NCBI RefSeq assembly: GCF_018977255.1
Contig: NW_024704742.1
Coordinates: 84,570,001 to 84,634,000, forward strand
Origin: Callorhinchus milii
Taxonomy: Eukaryota
Length of the DNA stretch: 64,000 nucleotides
Direction of reading: 5' to 3'
Shown: piece by piece, positions 49,701 to 61,872 of the stretch
How positions within the stretch are numbered: position 1 is the stretch's first letter
Layout: every line of letters begins with the position of its first letter
The notes under the pieces: generated by a model
The model's input: the letters and a program-made list of their open reading frames with translations, nothing else
What the model was told of the DNA's origin: nothing
The model's database searches: none
Made by a program: the position numbers and the translations under genes

Positions 49701-52700
49701 AAGGTGCTTCACAGAATATACTGTAAAGTGTATACTGAATATTTTGTGGGTGAAACGCGGCAGTCAATTGCGCACAGCAGTGTCCCACAAACAGTCGTGG
49801 ATTGAGTAACCAAATGTTTTTTTTCTTTTTGAAGGGTTTATCCCAGAAAAGCAATCTGTCAGTCCACAAAAAAATAAAATATTAGGTGTTCAATCACAAC
49901 AAATTGCATTTATATAGCGCCTTTCACGTTATGTGGACGTCCCAAAGCGTTGGACAGTCAAAACTCTTTCCCCTTCCTACCCCTCCTTGGTGCCTACTCT
50001 CAGCTCAGTGCCAAGTCAGGACAACGCTTGGGACATCCTCCTGACATGAAAGGTGCTATATAAGTGTAAATTACTATTGCTATACTGCACCTAATTTTAC
50101 AGTACTCTCCACAGATTATGACATTTTGAGAAAGGAAACTTCACTGTCAGTAATAATGATATTCCAAAGATATTGGATCTTACAGCAGGCTGATTTTTTT
50201 TAGAGCACTGAGAGAATTATATGTGGCCGAGTTATCTGTTGTATTTTCTAAGATGACGCAGCGGGCATTCCTTCTGTCCTTTTAAACTGAGGCTTGTTCC
50301 TCCTCCTGTGGAAAACGATGTGGAAATCTTTGCTTTTACTAATGGAACATACAAATAACCACTTAAGTTCTAATACTCAAAGTATGAATGATGTTTAATT
50401 TTTAAGGAAGAGACCTTTCGCGTTTTGAAGCTGCTATTTGCCAAAATGCCTTTCCGACAGTCATCTTACTCAGCACAAACGCAGATATGTAAACGTAAGA
50501 CCTTACAGCCTGTTTAGTACAAGTTCCAGAACTATTGTGACGTTGGGGCACCCTCTGAAATCCATGTACAGTGCATCCTTAATTTGAGTCAGGCGGGGGG
50601 AGGTGAAAGGCATCTGCAAGTTGCATTTCTATGTGCTGAAATGTTTTTTTNCAACTTGAAAGTGTAGGACCTTACTTCAGGGAATTTGAGCTCACAAAAT
50701 AGGCCAACACTTCAATACAGCATGTGAAAAAAAGAAGGGAGTTTCTCCCACTGTCCTGGCTGACAATACCCCAAATAAAATTCATCATTCTCTTCATCGC
50801 TGTTTGTGGGACATTGTGTGCAAATTGGCTGCTAAATTCGCCCACAAAACACAGTCACTGCACTTTAAGGTAAATCCAGTGAAGTGCTTTGAGTTGTACT
50901 CCCAACATCAAAGGTGTTATACCAAGTGTAAGCATTATTATTATGTTGCCCATTTAGTTCAATATTCCAAAATGTGATCCGGGGTCATGAGTTGGTGAAA
51001 CTCTAAAGAGATCGGCTATTTCTGAGTTATTTTACTGGTGTGTTGAACAAAAGGTGGTTGTGCAATGTGAGGCTTTTATGATTTAAAAATTAGACATTTA
51101 CAGTGTTTATGGTGATTACAGATTATCCTTCATCTGCGAATGTGCCTGGCACATAGTGCAGGGTTGTTGCCTACCTCTCAGAGTTTCATCGACCAGGCTC
51201 CAGCTATTGGCCGTTATGTTAGAAGTCTAACTACTGATAGCTTTACTTCATCATCATCCTCAAAGAATGGCGAAGCCAATCCAGTGCAAGTGTACATTGA
51301 TCTCCTGCAGCAGTACCTGACAACCATAGGAGGTAGGCTAAACAAATCAAGAGTGGAAGAGGGTAACTGTGTTGAGGCCATATGTGTGTGTGTGTATGTA
51401 TATATATAGAAAGAGAGAGAGACAATTGTCTGACGAAAAAAATTGTCTGAACAATTGATCATCAGAAGTGCATAGTCTATTTTTGTTTACCCAAGTTCAG
51501 TGTTTTTTTTAATTAATTTTAATTAGTCACAACTAGGAATATCCTTCTCGCACATAAATCTGGGTTCTTGATCTTCATGAGATAATAATAATAATCCTTG
51601 CATTTGATATAGTGCTTTTCACGTCGGGAGGACGTCCCAAAGCGCTTCACAGAACACACTGTAAAGTGAATTGACTGTATATTTGTGGGTGAACGCGGCA
51701 GCCAATTGCGCACAGCAATGTCCCACAAACAGTCGTAGATTGAAAATGACCGATTTATTATTGTTTTTGGTTTTGGAGGGATTATTATTAGGCTCTGTGT
51801 GGAGTAAGGAAACTTGCCCAAGGTTTCGTCCTGCCTGGAATTGAACTCAGGTCTCTCGCTTGCAAAGCGAGTGTTCTAACCACTGAGCTGCAGGACTCCA
51901 CAGGTAGTCATAGGTACAATAATGCAGCATGTTCATCCACCATCAGAAAAATGTGCCTAAAAATGTGCTATTTTGAACTGAAATTTGTAACTGCAGGTAA
52001 TGAGATGTGATTTTGTATTTAAAATAACTTTTTCCTTTTCATTGTTCAGGATTGTCTGTAATGTATTGTCTTTTGGAAATGGTCTCTGTCTACCCACAAA
52101 AATTGGCTGCACAGTTCACAGATAAAATAGACTGGATTAAGGTATGTTTAAGGTGACAGGTGTCCTTCTGTGTAGATAATCTCCCTTTTAGGGAGCAGAA
52201 ATTAGATTTTTAGTTATGTCGAAACAATTAAATGGAATAGATGTGAACAGTATGCTTAGTTATTAGTGAATATTCCTCAGTTCTAACAATCTAAAGGTCA
52301 ACATTTTTACTTTTTGTGTCAAACAAACATTTTAATAGTTAATGTTCTTATATTATTGAGTTACCAACAAGTCCCTCACTATCCATGACCTCACCATCGA
52401 GGAAAATAATAATAATTATCCTTGCATTTGATATAGCGCTTTTCACGTCCTATAGACATCTCAAAGCGCTTCACAGAGTATGCTGTAAAGTGAATTGACC
52501 GTATACTTGTGGGCATATCGACATCCTCGCCCTCACCGAAACCTGGGTCACCCCAGGCGACACCTTCCCACTAGTTGAGGCCACACCTCCAGGTTACACC
52601 TTTCACCAAACCCCATGGCCTAATCGCCATGGCGGTGGTGTGGCTCTCATCTCCCGGAACCCCTCGGCCTTTCCCCTTACTCCTCCGGAACCTTCCCCTC

Positions 52701-55700
52701 CTTTGAACACCTCGCCCTCTACTGCCCCTCCAGGCTTTCCCTCAAAATCCTCCTTGTTTACCGTCTCCCCAAGCCTTCCCTCACCTTCCTCTCGGACATC
52801 TCCACCCTCCTGGCTTCACTCTCCCTCTGCTCTGAATGCCTCATAATCTTAGGCGACTTCAACCTTCACTTCACCCCCGTCTGCTCTACCTCTGCCGACT
52901 TCTCCTCCCTCCTCTCTTCCCTCAACTTCTCCCTCCTCATCCACTCCCTCACCCACGACCGTGGCCACCCCCTTGACCTGGTGATCACTCGGGGCCTCAC
53001 CTTCTTGGACATCACCATCATCGATAAAGCCATCTCGGACCACCACTTCATCTCCCTTAACACCTCCGTACCCCTTCCCCTTTCCCAACCCTCCACCATC
53101 GCATACTGTCCATGAAAAAAAAAATTCCTCTCCACTGCCCTGGAGTCATCTGAACTCCTTCACCTCTGGCCCTCACTAACCGATTTCCCCTCCTCACTCT
53201 CTTTTCTCCACAACTCCCTCGCCTCCATTCTGGACTCCTTTGCCACCCTCACCTCCCGAACTGCCTCATATTCCCGTAAATCCCCCTGGTACATCAGCCA
53301 TCTCCGTTCCCTCAAGGCGCAAGTGCGAGCGCGCCTGGACCAAATCCAAACTAACGCGCCTGGACCAAATCCAAACTAACGGTTCATCGGCAGATTTGGC
53401 TTCACCACACCAAGACCTACCGCTGTGCTCTTGCCTCCGCCAAATCCTCCTTCTACTCCAGGTTATCTTGGAGGCAAAGGACAATCCCCGGCTTCACTAC
53501 AAACCGTCTCTCTTCTCCCAGCTCCACCTTCTGGCCCCTGTCCAACGTCATCAACCTCTCCTTGTCCACCGGTTCAGTTTCACCCGTAAAAACAGCCGTC
53601 ATTACCCCCATCCTGAAAAAACCTTTCCCTGGTTCCATCCCTCCTCTCCAGCTACCACCCCACCTCTAACCTCCCAGTCTTCTCAAAGATCCTGGAACAA
53701 GTCGTCGCATTCCAGATCCACTCCTTTCTCTTTCGCCATTCCCTCTTTGAACCCCTCCAATCCGGCTTCCGTGCTGCCCACAGCAAGGAAACAGCCCTGG
53801 TCAAAGTCACTAATGACATTCTGAACATCTGTGATCAGGGCTCCCTCTGCCTCCTTGTCCTCCTCAACCTCTCTGCCGCCTTCGACACTGTCAACCACTC
53901 CATCCTCATACACTGCCTCTCCGCTTTACTCAATCTTCACGGACCTGCCCTTGCCTGGTTTGATCTCTCTCATCGTCTCCACTTCGTTGCCTCTAACTGT
54001 TTCTCCTCCATCCCCCGCACTGTCACGTCTGGCATCCCCCAGGGCTCTGTCCTTGGCCCTCTCCTCTTTAATATCTATATGCTCCCCATTGGTGACATCA
54101 TCCGCAGACATGGGGTCAACTTCCATTTGTATGCGGATGACACCCAACTCTATCTTTCTGCCTCCACCCTCAACTCCAGGACCACTGCTGTCCTGACAGA
54201 CTGTCTGTCAGACATCAAGTCCTGGATGAGGGCAAATTTCCTACAGTTGAATGTGAACAAGACTGAGGCCCTCCTGATTGGCTCACGTCAGCGCCTCTGC
54301 ACCTCAGGCTCTGGCAGCATCAACCTCCACGGTTGCACACTACAACTCACCAAACCAGTCAGGAACCTCGGTGTCTTGTTCGACCCTCAACTGTCTTCTT
54401 CCCCACATCCAAGCCATGACCCACTCTGCCTTCCATCACCTGACTCTGCCACTACCTCACCCCTCAGGCCACTGAAACTCTTGTTCATGCCTTCATATGC
54501 AAACGCCCTGCTTGTTGGCCTTCCCAACTCCTCCCTCCACAGGCTGCAGATAATCCAGAACTTTGCTCCAAGTCCCCCGACCCACCTGCCCCACCATTGG
54601 CGGGAGAGCCTTCAGCCACTCTGCCCCCAATCTCTGGAATTCCATACCCCAGTCACTCCACCTCATCCCCTCCTTAGCCTCCTTCAAGTCCCGCCTCAAG
54701 ACCCTCCTCTTCGACCATACCATCGGCCACCCCCCTTCCCCTCCCTTCCCTTCTCCTCCCCTGATCCGGGTCTGAAATGCTGTACACTGTCCAGCGCCTT
54801 GGGACATCTTCCCGACGTGAAAGGCGCTATACAAATGTAATCTTGTTGTTTACTTTGTTCAAGTAGAGTTTAATGCAAGACTTCATCGGTAGTAAAACCA
54901 GAACACATTGAAATAAGACCTTCTCTCTTCCCGCTCCCCCAGTATAATATGTTATCAATAAAGAAAATGTCTTATTTTATACAATTATTTCCTGATCATA
55001 GGCATCCCGCACCAGGCTTCGGGACCACATCACACCCACCCTCGCTCGCCTCCACTGGCACCCATCCCCCAGAGGATCGATTTCACGATCCTCATCCTCA
55101 CCTACAAGGCCATTCACGGCCTTGTGCCCTCCTACCTCTCTGACCTACTATCCCCCTACTTACCTGCCCTTACCCTCCGTTCCTCTGGCTCCGGTCTGCT
55201 CCACATCCCCCGCCCCAACCGCCCTACCATCGGTGGCTGGGCCTTCAGCCTCTCAGCCCCCAGGCTCTGGAACTCCATCCCCCAGTGCCTTCGCTTTGCC
55301 TCCTCCCTTTCCTTCTTCAAGGCCGGTCTCAAGACCTTTCTCTTTGACCGTGCCTTCAGCTCCCCTCTCGACTCTCTACCCCCTCCTCGCTCCCTCCCTT
55401 CCCTCCCCTCACCCTGACCATTTCCCCCCTGCTCGGGTCCTGACCCAACTGTACAGCGCCTTGGGACGTCCTCCCGACGTGAAAGGCGCTCTATAAATGG
55501 AATCTTGTTGTTACATTACTGTTTTAGTGCTTTGGCAGATTATAGTACCTTTAGATTAAAAAGTGTCTTTTTCAAATGTTCATTTTAAAAAAAATTCTAT
55601 TTTTTCTGTTGAATAAGAATGGACAGTAATAGATTTTTTTCTGAAATGTTTTAAAATGTATTTTTATTTTGAAAAGGGTCTGATGAATACAAACAAAGAT

Positions 55701-58700
55701 GAGATGCGCGAACTGGCAGCACAGCTTTATGCAGTGGTGCTATCTACAATGTCTGGGAATGAACTGCAATTGGCTGTTCAGGCTCTAATACGGAGCACTA
55801 AAGACCATGTAAGCATTTATTCCAATTCATTATGTGTTTTTCTCCTTTTTGGATCTCCTCAATTCACATACCATTTACCATCCGAGAAAAAGGAAGGCCT
55901 GTCCTTACAGGCCGTACCTCCATATTGCCGAGATCAGTTGTAGAATTGCACTGACATTGAGTTTGGTGAACATTTGTCTACCCCTAGCCTCTCTAAGTAG
56001 TGATCCATATTATGGGAGGTCTAAAGACAGGAACAAATAAAATACAATTCCTTCACCAATTTTCATATGTTCTGCCTCCTCAGAGCCCAGAAACCCAACA
56101 TGGAGCTTTGCTGGCTTTAGGATATACAATAGGTCGCTACCTGGCTAGAAATATGAATGAAAGTTTAGATATTGAAGATATGGAACAGTTGAATACCGCA
56201 GCACCACATGAAGACCAGCTAATCCAGTCAACTACAGAAACAATTGGTAATTATCTGCGCTACAAAAATATTTTTTATAATTATTGTCTTATTAATGTGT
56301 TTCTAGATGCAACAATACAAGTCTTGTGTTTTCAGCTTCATTTTTAGGTGATGCATCCCCTTCTCTGGCCATGGCTGCTTGTACCGCAATAGGTGAAATT
56401 GGGAGGAATGGTGCTTTACCTATGCCAAGTGAAGGTCCTGGGTTTACAAAACTGTACGTAGTGGAAACCTTGCTGACAAAAATCCCCTCTAGTAAGGAGA
56501 GTAACAAGGTGAGTGAGCAGCATGTTCGGGTATCTCCTTTCATTTTTTTCTGAATGACCCAGAGTTAATACTACATGAGAGTAGATCTTTAAGGATTGAG
56601 AAATTGATAGCAATGAGTTGTTTGTGTGCTCCCATCTCTCCATTTACATCCTGCTCCAGGCCCTACAATCTAGTTCCTGTCCACATCCAACAAAATAGCC
56701 ATAATGTCAAAATAATTCATAATGATGTACTTTCCCTCTGTGACAAGGACTCCTTGTTCCTCCTTATTCTTCCTCAATCTTGACAGCCTCTTTCTCTAAT
56801 TCACTCAGCAATCTTCTGTGATCTTCTCCAGCGTTGCTGTTGTTCTTGCATTCTCTCCTCAGCAAACTCGGACCTGCTGTATGTCTTCCGCCCTATCATC
56901 AATCCTCAGCTCTTTTCCCTCTCTCCCTGACCAAAGCTGCTTTTCTCTACCTTAAAGATATTGCCTGCTTCCAACCCTTGTTCATGCCCAGTGCTACCAA
57001 AACCCTTGATCATGCCTTTGCCATCACCAGACTCAACTCAAATGTCCTCCCCACTGGCCTCTCCAGCTGCACCATCCACAAATTTCAGCTCACCCAAACC
57101 TCATTGCCTGCATTCTTACCCACACAAAACTTTGTATGCCTTTGACTTCAGTCCTCGCCACACTCTGCTGGCTCCCTAGATTGACTTCCAAGATTCTCAC
57201 ATACAAATCACTTCCAACCTCCTCCCTAACTCTGTCACCGTCTCCCTCGACGAATGTGGACTTTCTGCACATTTCTCCACCCAACCATCTGCAGCCAAAC
57301 CATCAGCCACTATACCCTTTCCTCTGTAACTCCCTCCCTCAACCCCTCTGTCTTGTTTCTTCTCTGTCTTGCCTAAAGACCTACCTCTTTGACCTTGCTT
57401 TGGTCACCTCCCTCATTCCTCCCTGCTCTCCCACAGTCCTTTTGCCTCGCTTACATCCTTGCCTCCTATAACACCAGTCTCAAGACTCTCTGTTTTGACC
57501 ATGCCTTCATCCATCCTCCTACCCCTATTCTCCGTGCCCTCCACCCTTCCTGATCCCAACCCCCAGCTCGGGTCAAAATCTTTGACGGTCCAGAGCCTTG
57601 GGACATCCTCCGGATATGAAAGGTGCTATGTACATGTAATTTGTTGCTGCTCTGTGTCCAGCACCATCCTAAAGTGCTCCAAGACTGTATCCACATGAAG
57701 GGCCCTAATAAATGTAAATTGTTGATTTTGCCGTTGTTGAAGCGTGTACAGTACTTTTGTTTTTCATTTCTGTAGATGAAGGAACGAATAGTACAAACAC
57801 TTGGTTATCTGCCAGTTGGGGATGGTGATTTTCCACATCAAAAAAAACTGCTGCAAGGATTGATGGACTCAGTTGAGGTACTCCAAAGTTTGTGCTTAAA
57901 GCATGCATAGAAAACCAATATCTAATGCTCAGAACCTACCAGGCAACATCCGATCAAAATCACAATATCATTTTGAATGAATATTTATTAAGGTGCCATA
58001 TAAACTTAGCAAGAGTCCTTTGACATGACCTACTAATGAAATTTGTGTTCCTGAGTCAAGGGTACAGGACATTTTCTGTAGGGTTCCCTGAACCAGTCAC
58101 TTGCAAGGGCTCAAAGTTCTTTCAGCACTAATAGCTTCTGTACTATTTTACTGGCAATATTGCTTCACCATTCTTAAATGTGACCTCTTCACAGCTTAGT
58201 GCAGATATCTTAAAAGTAGCAGAATAAATTCTACCATCTCCTTCCTTTACAAAGAACCTAAAATATCTCCTTCCTCTATAACAAACTAAAATATCTCCTA
58301 ATTGTTTGTGAAAAAAATCTATATACACACTCACAAAATACGCAGTCGCTTGACAGTGTTTCCTGAGTGGAGGGGTTAAACAAAAGAGTAGGGTAGAAGT
58401 TTGCAGAAATCAGGAGTTGTGAGGGCATGAAAGTTAAAAGTGAGGACCTTGAAATTGACCTTGAAAATTGACCTTGAGATAGTAGAGCCTGGCGAGGACT
58501 GGGGTGATTGGCATTGGAGTTTGGTGAATGTGAGGATGCAGATAGCAGAGTTTTGAATGAGCTGGAGCACATTCATGGTGGAATTGAGGAGACTGGTGTG
58601 GATTGTGTTAGAGAAGTAGAGTCAGGAGATAACAAAGGTATGATTGAGGGTTTCAGCAGCATTTTATGTAAGATAGAGACGGAGGTGGGTAATGTGGCAA

Positions 58701-61700
58701 CAATGAAGAAAAGCAGTGTTGGTCAGGGACTGAATGTAAGGAAAGAAGGAGAGCTAAGGTTGCATACTGGTTCAGTGAGTAAAACCAAGACCCTGTCTGC
58801 CTGTTCAATAGATTAAAGATTCATGATACTGTTCGAAAATACAAGGGTCCTGGTCAACAATATTCCAGGTAAATTAATCATTCTCCATGTGGCTTTTTGC
58901 AAGACTTTGCTGTATACAAAATGGTTGTTGTGCTTGCCTACAAAAATAATTTCAGCTTTGAGAAGTTTGACAAGATGGTATAAAATTGCAAATTCTTTTT
59001 CTCTGTTTCAAAAAGAATGTTTTTCTTTGTCTCTTTCATGTCTTTAGCCAGAGGGAATAGAATTGGACTTATTAAAATAATGCTTGGATTTGATATAGCA
59101 CCTTATCACGTCTTCGAGATGTCTCAAAGTGCTTCACATAATATACTGTAAAGTGATTTGACTGTATATTTTGTGGGTGAACTCACAACCGGGTTCCTAC
59201 TTCTTCCTTGGTAAACAGAGATGTGTGGAGTAAGCAAACTTGGCCAACCGTAGATTTCAACAGTTGGTCACAATACTTGTTAAGTACTAGAAAAAGCTGT
59301 TGTGGTTTTTTGGAGACAAAATGTACACACATTTTACTGCTCCCACAACATAAGCAGGCATTAGTTCAGTGCTGGGCGGATGGGGTAATGTTTAGATGAT
59401 TACCTCTATGATCAATTGTTCATTTGATTATAGAGGTAATAATTGATCCCTTGTTTAAGCACCTTCTGTTCTAAGCAACAGTTCCTGATTTCTGCATGTC
59501 ATAATTGGCATCCTAAACTGAAATATGAATTTTTCCACTCCCAATACAAATAATAAAATAGCAGCAAGTTGAGTATGTTCTGTTCCTTACAACCACCTGC
59601 AGAAAGAGGAAAATGTATTTTTTTCACTTTCTGCAATTACTTAACATCACATAGACTTAGCCAGATCCTAACCAGATCCATCTCTGGAGTCCTCCCAGGA
59701 CAGTGATATATTGCGACCGGTTTATTTTTTCTTTTGTTCTCTTTCTCTTTGCAGCCATGTTCTAATTTATTGGTCTGTTCTCTCTCTCTCTCTCTTATTC
59801 TCTTTCTCGTCTAAGCATTCTCTTCCATCCCCCGTCATACCTGCTGTTTGATTGCAGGACATATTTGTTTTCAATCAGTGAATTCTCCAGGCATCAAAGT
59901 TTTAAAAATTCCTGACTTCAGGAAAGAAAAATTGTGCTGTTGGCCAACTATGCTCTGGTGCTGTTCCCCTCCATGTGGCCACCATACTTTAGAAACTCCT
60001 AGGCTAGCTATGATGGTAGCTAGGCTGGAGAGGCTTCTATATTTCTTAGAACAGAGGAGGTGAGTGATGATTTGATTGAGGTGTTTATAACCTGCCAATT
60101 TCTTTTATTTTAGAGTGGACGACTCTTTCCTTTGCTAGATGGTCCAGAAGGGTTTACATTTAAGGGACATTATGTGGGGCATAACCTTAAATGCAGAACC
60201 AGGAAGGTTAGAAGTGAGGTCAGGAGCAATAGAGCAGTTTATCAGCAAGCCAGGGAGAAAGGGGAGGTGACCTTGAGCACAGTTGAAGAGAAAAGTCTTC
60301 AGGTGCAAGTGAATTGATTGTTATCTCTGAGACGGTGAACATTGTTTATTAATCCAAAGACTTTCTGTCTTTTATGTCCTGCTTCAATTTCTACTTCTGC
60401 AAATGCAGCTACAACCACTGCTTCCTCCTTTGTCAGCATCCAACCCCATCCCTGTAAAGGGGAGGTGACCTTAAGCACAGTTAAGACATTACTGTATGTG
60501 AAGGGCACTTTATAAATGCAGGTTGTTATTGTTTAACTAGGTTTAACTCAGGAACGTGTTTTGCCTACAGTCTCTTATTTTCAGAAATACCATTTACTGT
60601 ACATGACCAATATTTTCAACAATTTAACATTTTTTAGGCAAAGCAAATCGAATTACAGTTCACAGTTGGAGAAGCAATCACCAATGCTGCTATAGGAACC
60701 GGTTCAGTGGCAGCTCGTGATCTCTGGATGGTGAGTGAGGATGAATATTCTCCTCCTAGTGGTAAGTTGTGTATTTAACATCCCAAGATCGAAAAAATAA
60801 TTGTGTGCAATGAGTTCCTTCCAACTGATTTTCCAATGACTAGTTAGCATAAAGGCATGATAGGAGTTTCACTCCAAGGCGATTTCTTTGATTGGCTATT
60901 CTGACTTAAATTGCTTAAAACAGGCACGATGAGTTGAATAGCTTCTGAGAGTTTTGCCAGGCTAGATATTTATCAAACATGTGTGTCAGAAAAAAAAGTT
61001 AAGTAAATCCTCACCTACAAGTTTTCGGCATTATTCTAGTTCGAATAAACTGTTTATTCCCTGCAAGACACTGGTCAATCATTGATAAATTCAATTTAGC
61101 TGATCAAAAGATTTATTTTCCTCCATCAGATGTATCAGACCAGATATATTTTAAAACTGTTTATAAATAATAATAATCCTTGCATTTGATATAGCGCTTT
61201 TCACATCTTCTAAATGTCTCAAAACGCTTCACAGAATATCTTGTTAAGTGAATTGACTGTATATTTGTGGGTGAAATGCGGTAGCCAATTGCGCACAGCA
61301 GTATCCCACAAACAGTCGTGGATTGAAGTGACCAATTTATTTTTTTCTTGAGGGATTATTTAGGCGTGTGAAGTAAGGAAATTTGCCCAAGGTTTTACCC
61401 TGCTGGGAATCAAACCCAGGTCTCTCACTTGAGAGGCGAATGCTCTAACCACTGAGCTTCAGGACTCCACAAATATTCTAAGGAATTCTAAAATAGGCAC
61501 AAAAAAGAGATCTTTTCTCAATCCCAAAAGTCGATGGACGCACCTCTGATAAGCACTCACAAATAGTAAATACTTCATACATTTCCTGAACTTCTTTGTT
61601 GTAAAATATCTGAGTTTCCAATTACTGAATCCCACAACCCATCGTTAAGATGATAACATTAATCTTAGTCACAGACTGTAACAGGACATCCTGGTGGAAA

Positions 61701-61837
61701 GAAAACAACTTCATTAAATTATTCAATAGCATAAAATGCACAACCTCATGGGTTGGTAAACTGCCATGTGGTTTGTAACACCAAGTGCAAAATCTTTTGG
61801 GAATAGAAACTTGTTCCTTAATTTGAGTGTGTGTATG

Positions 61838-61872
<35 letters not shown>

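Noticed and set aside
50651..50651. Single N base
   Set aside because: Assembly ambiguity or gap marker; it only warns that local continuity in intron 17 is unverified.
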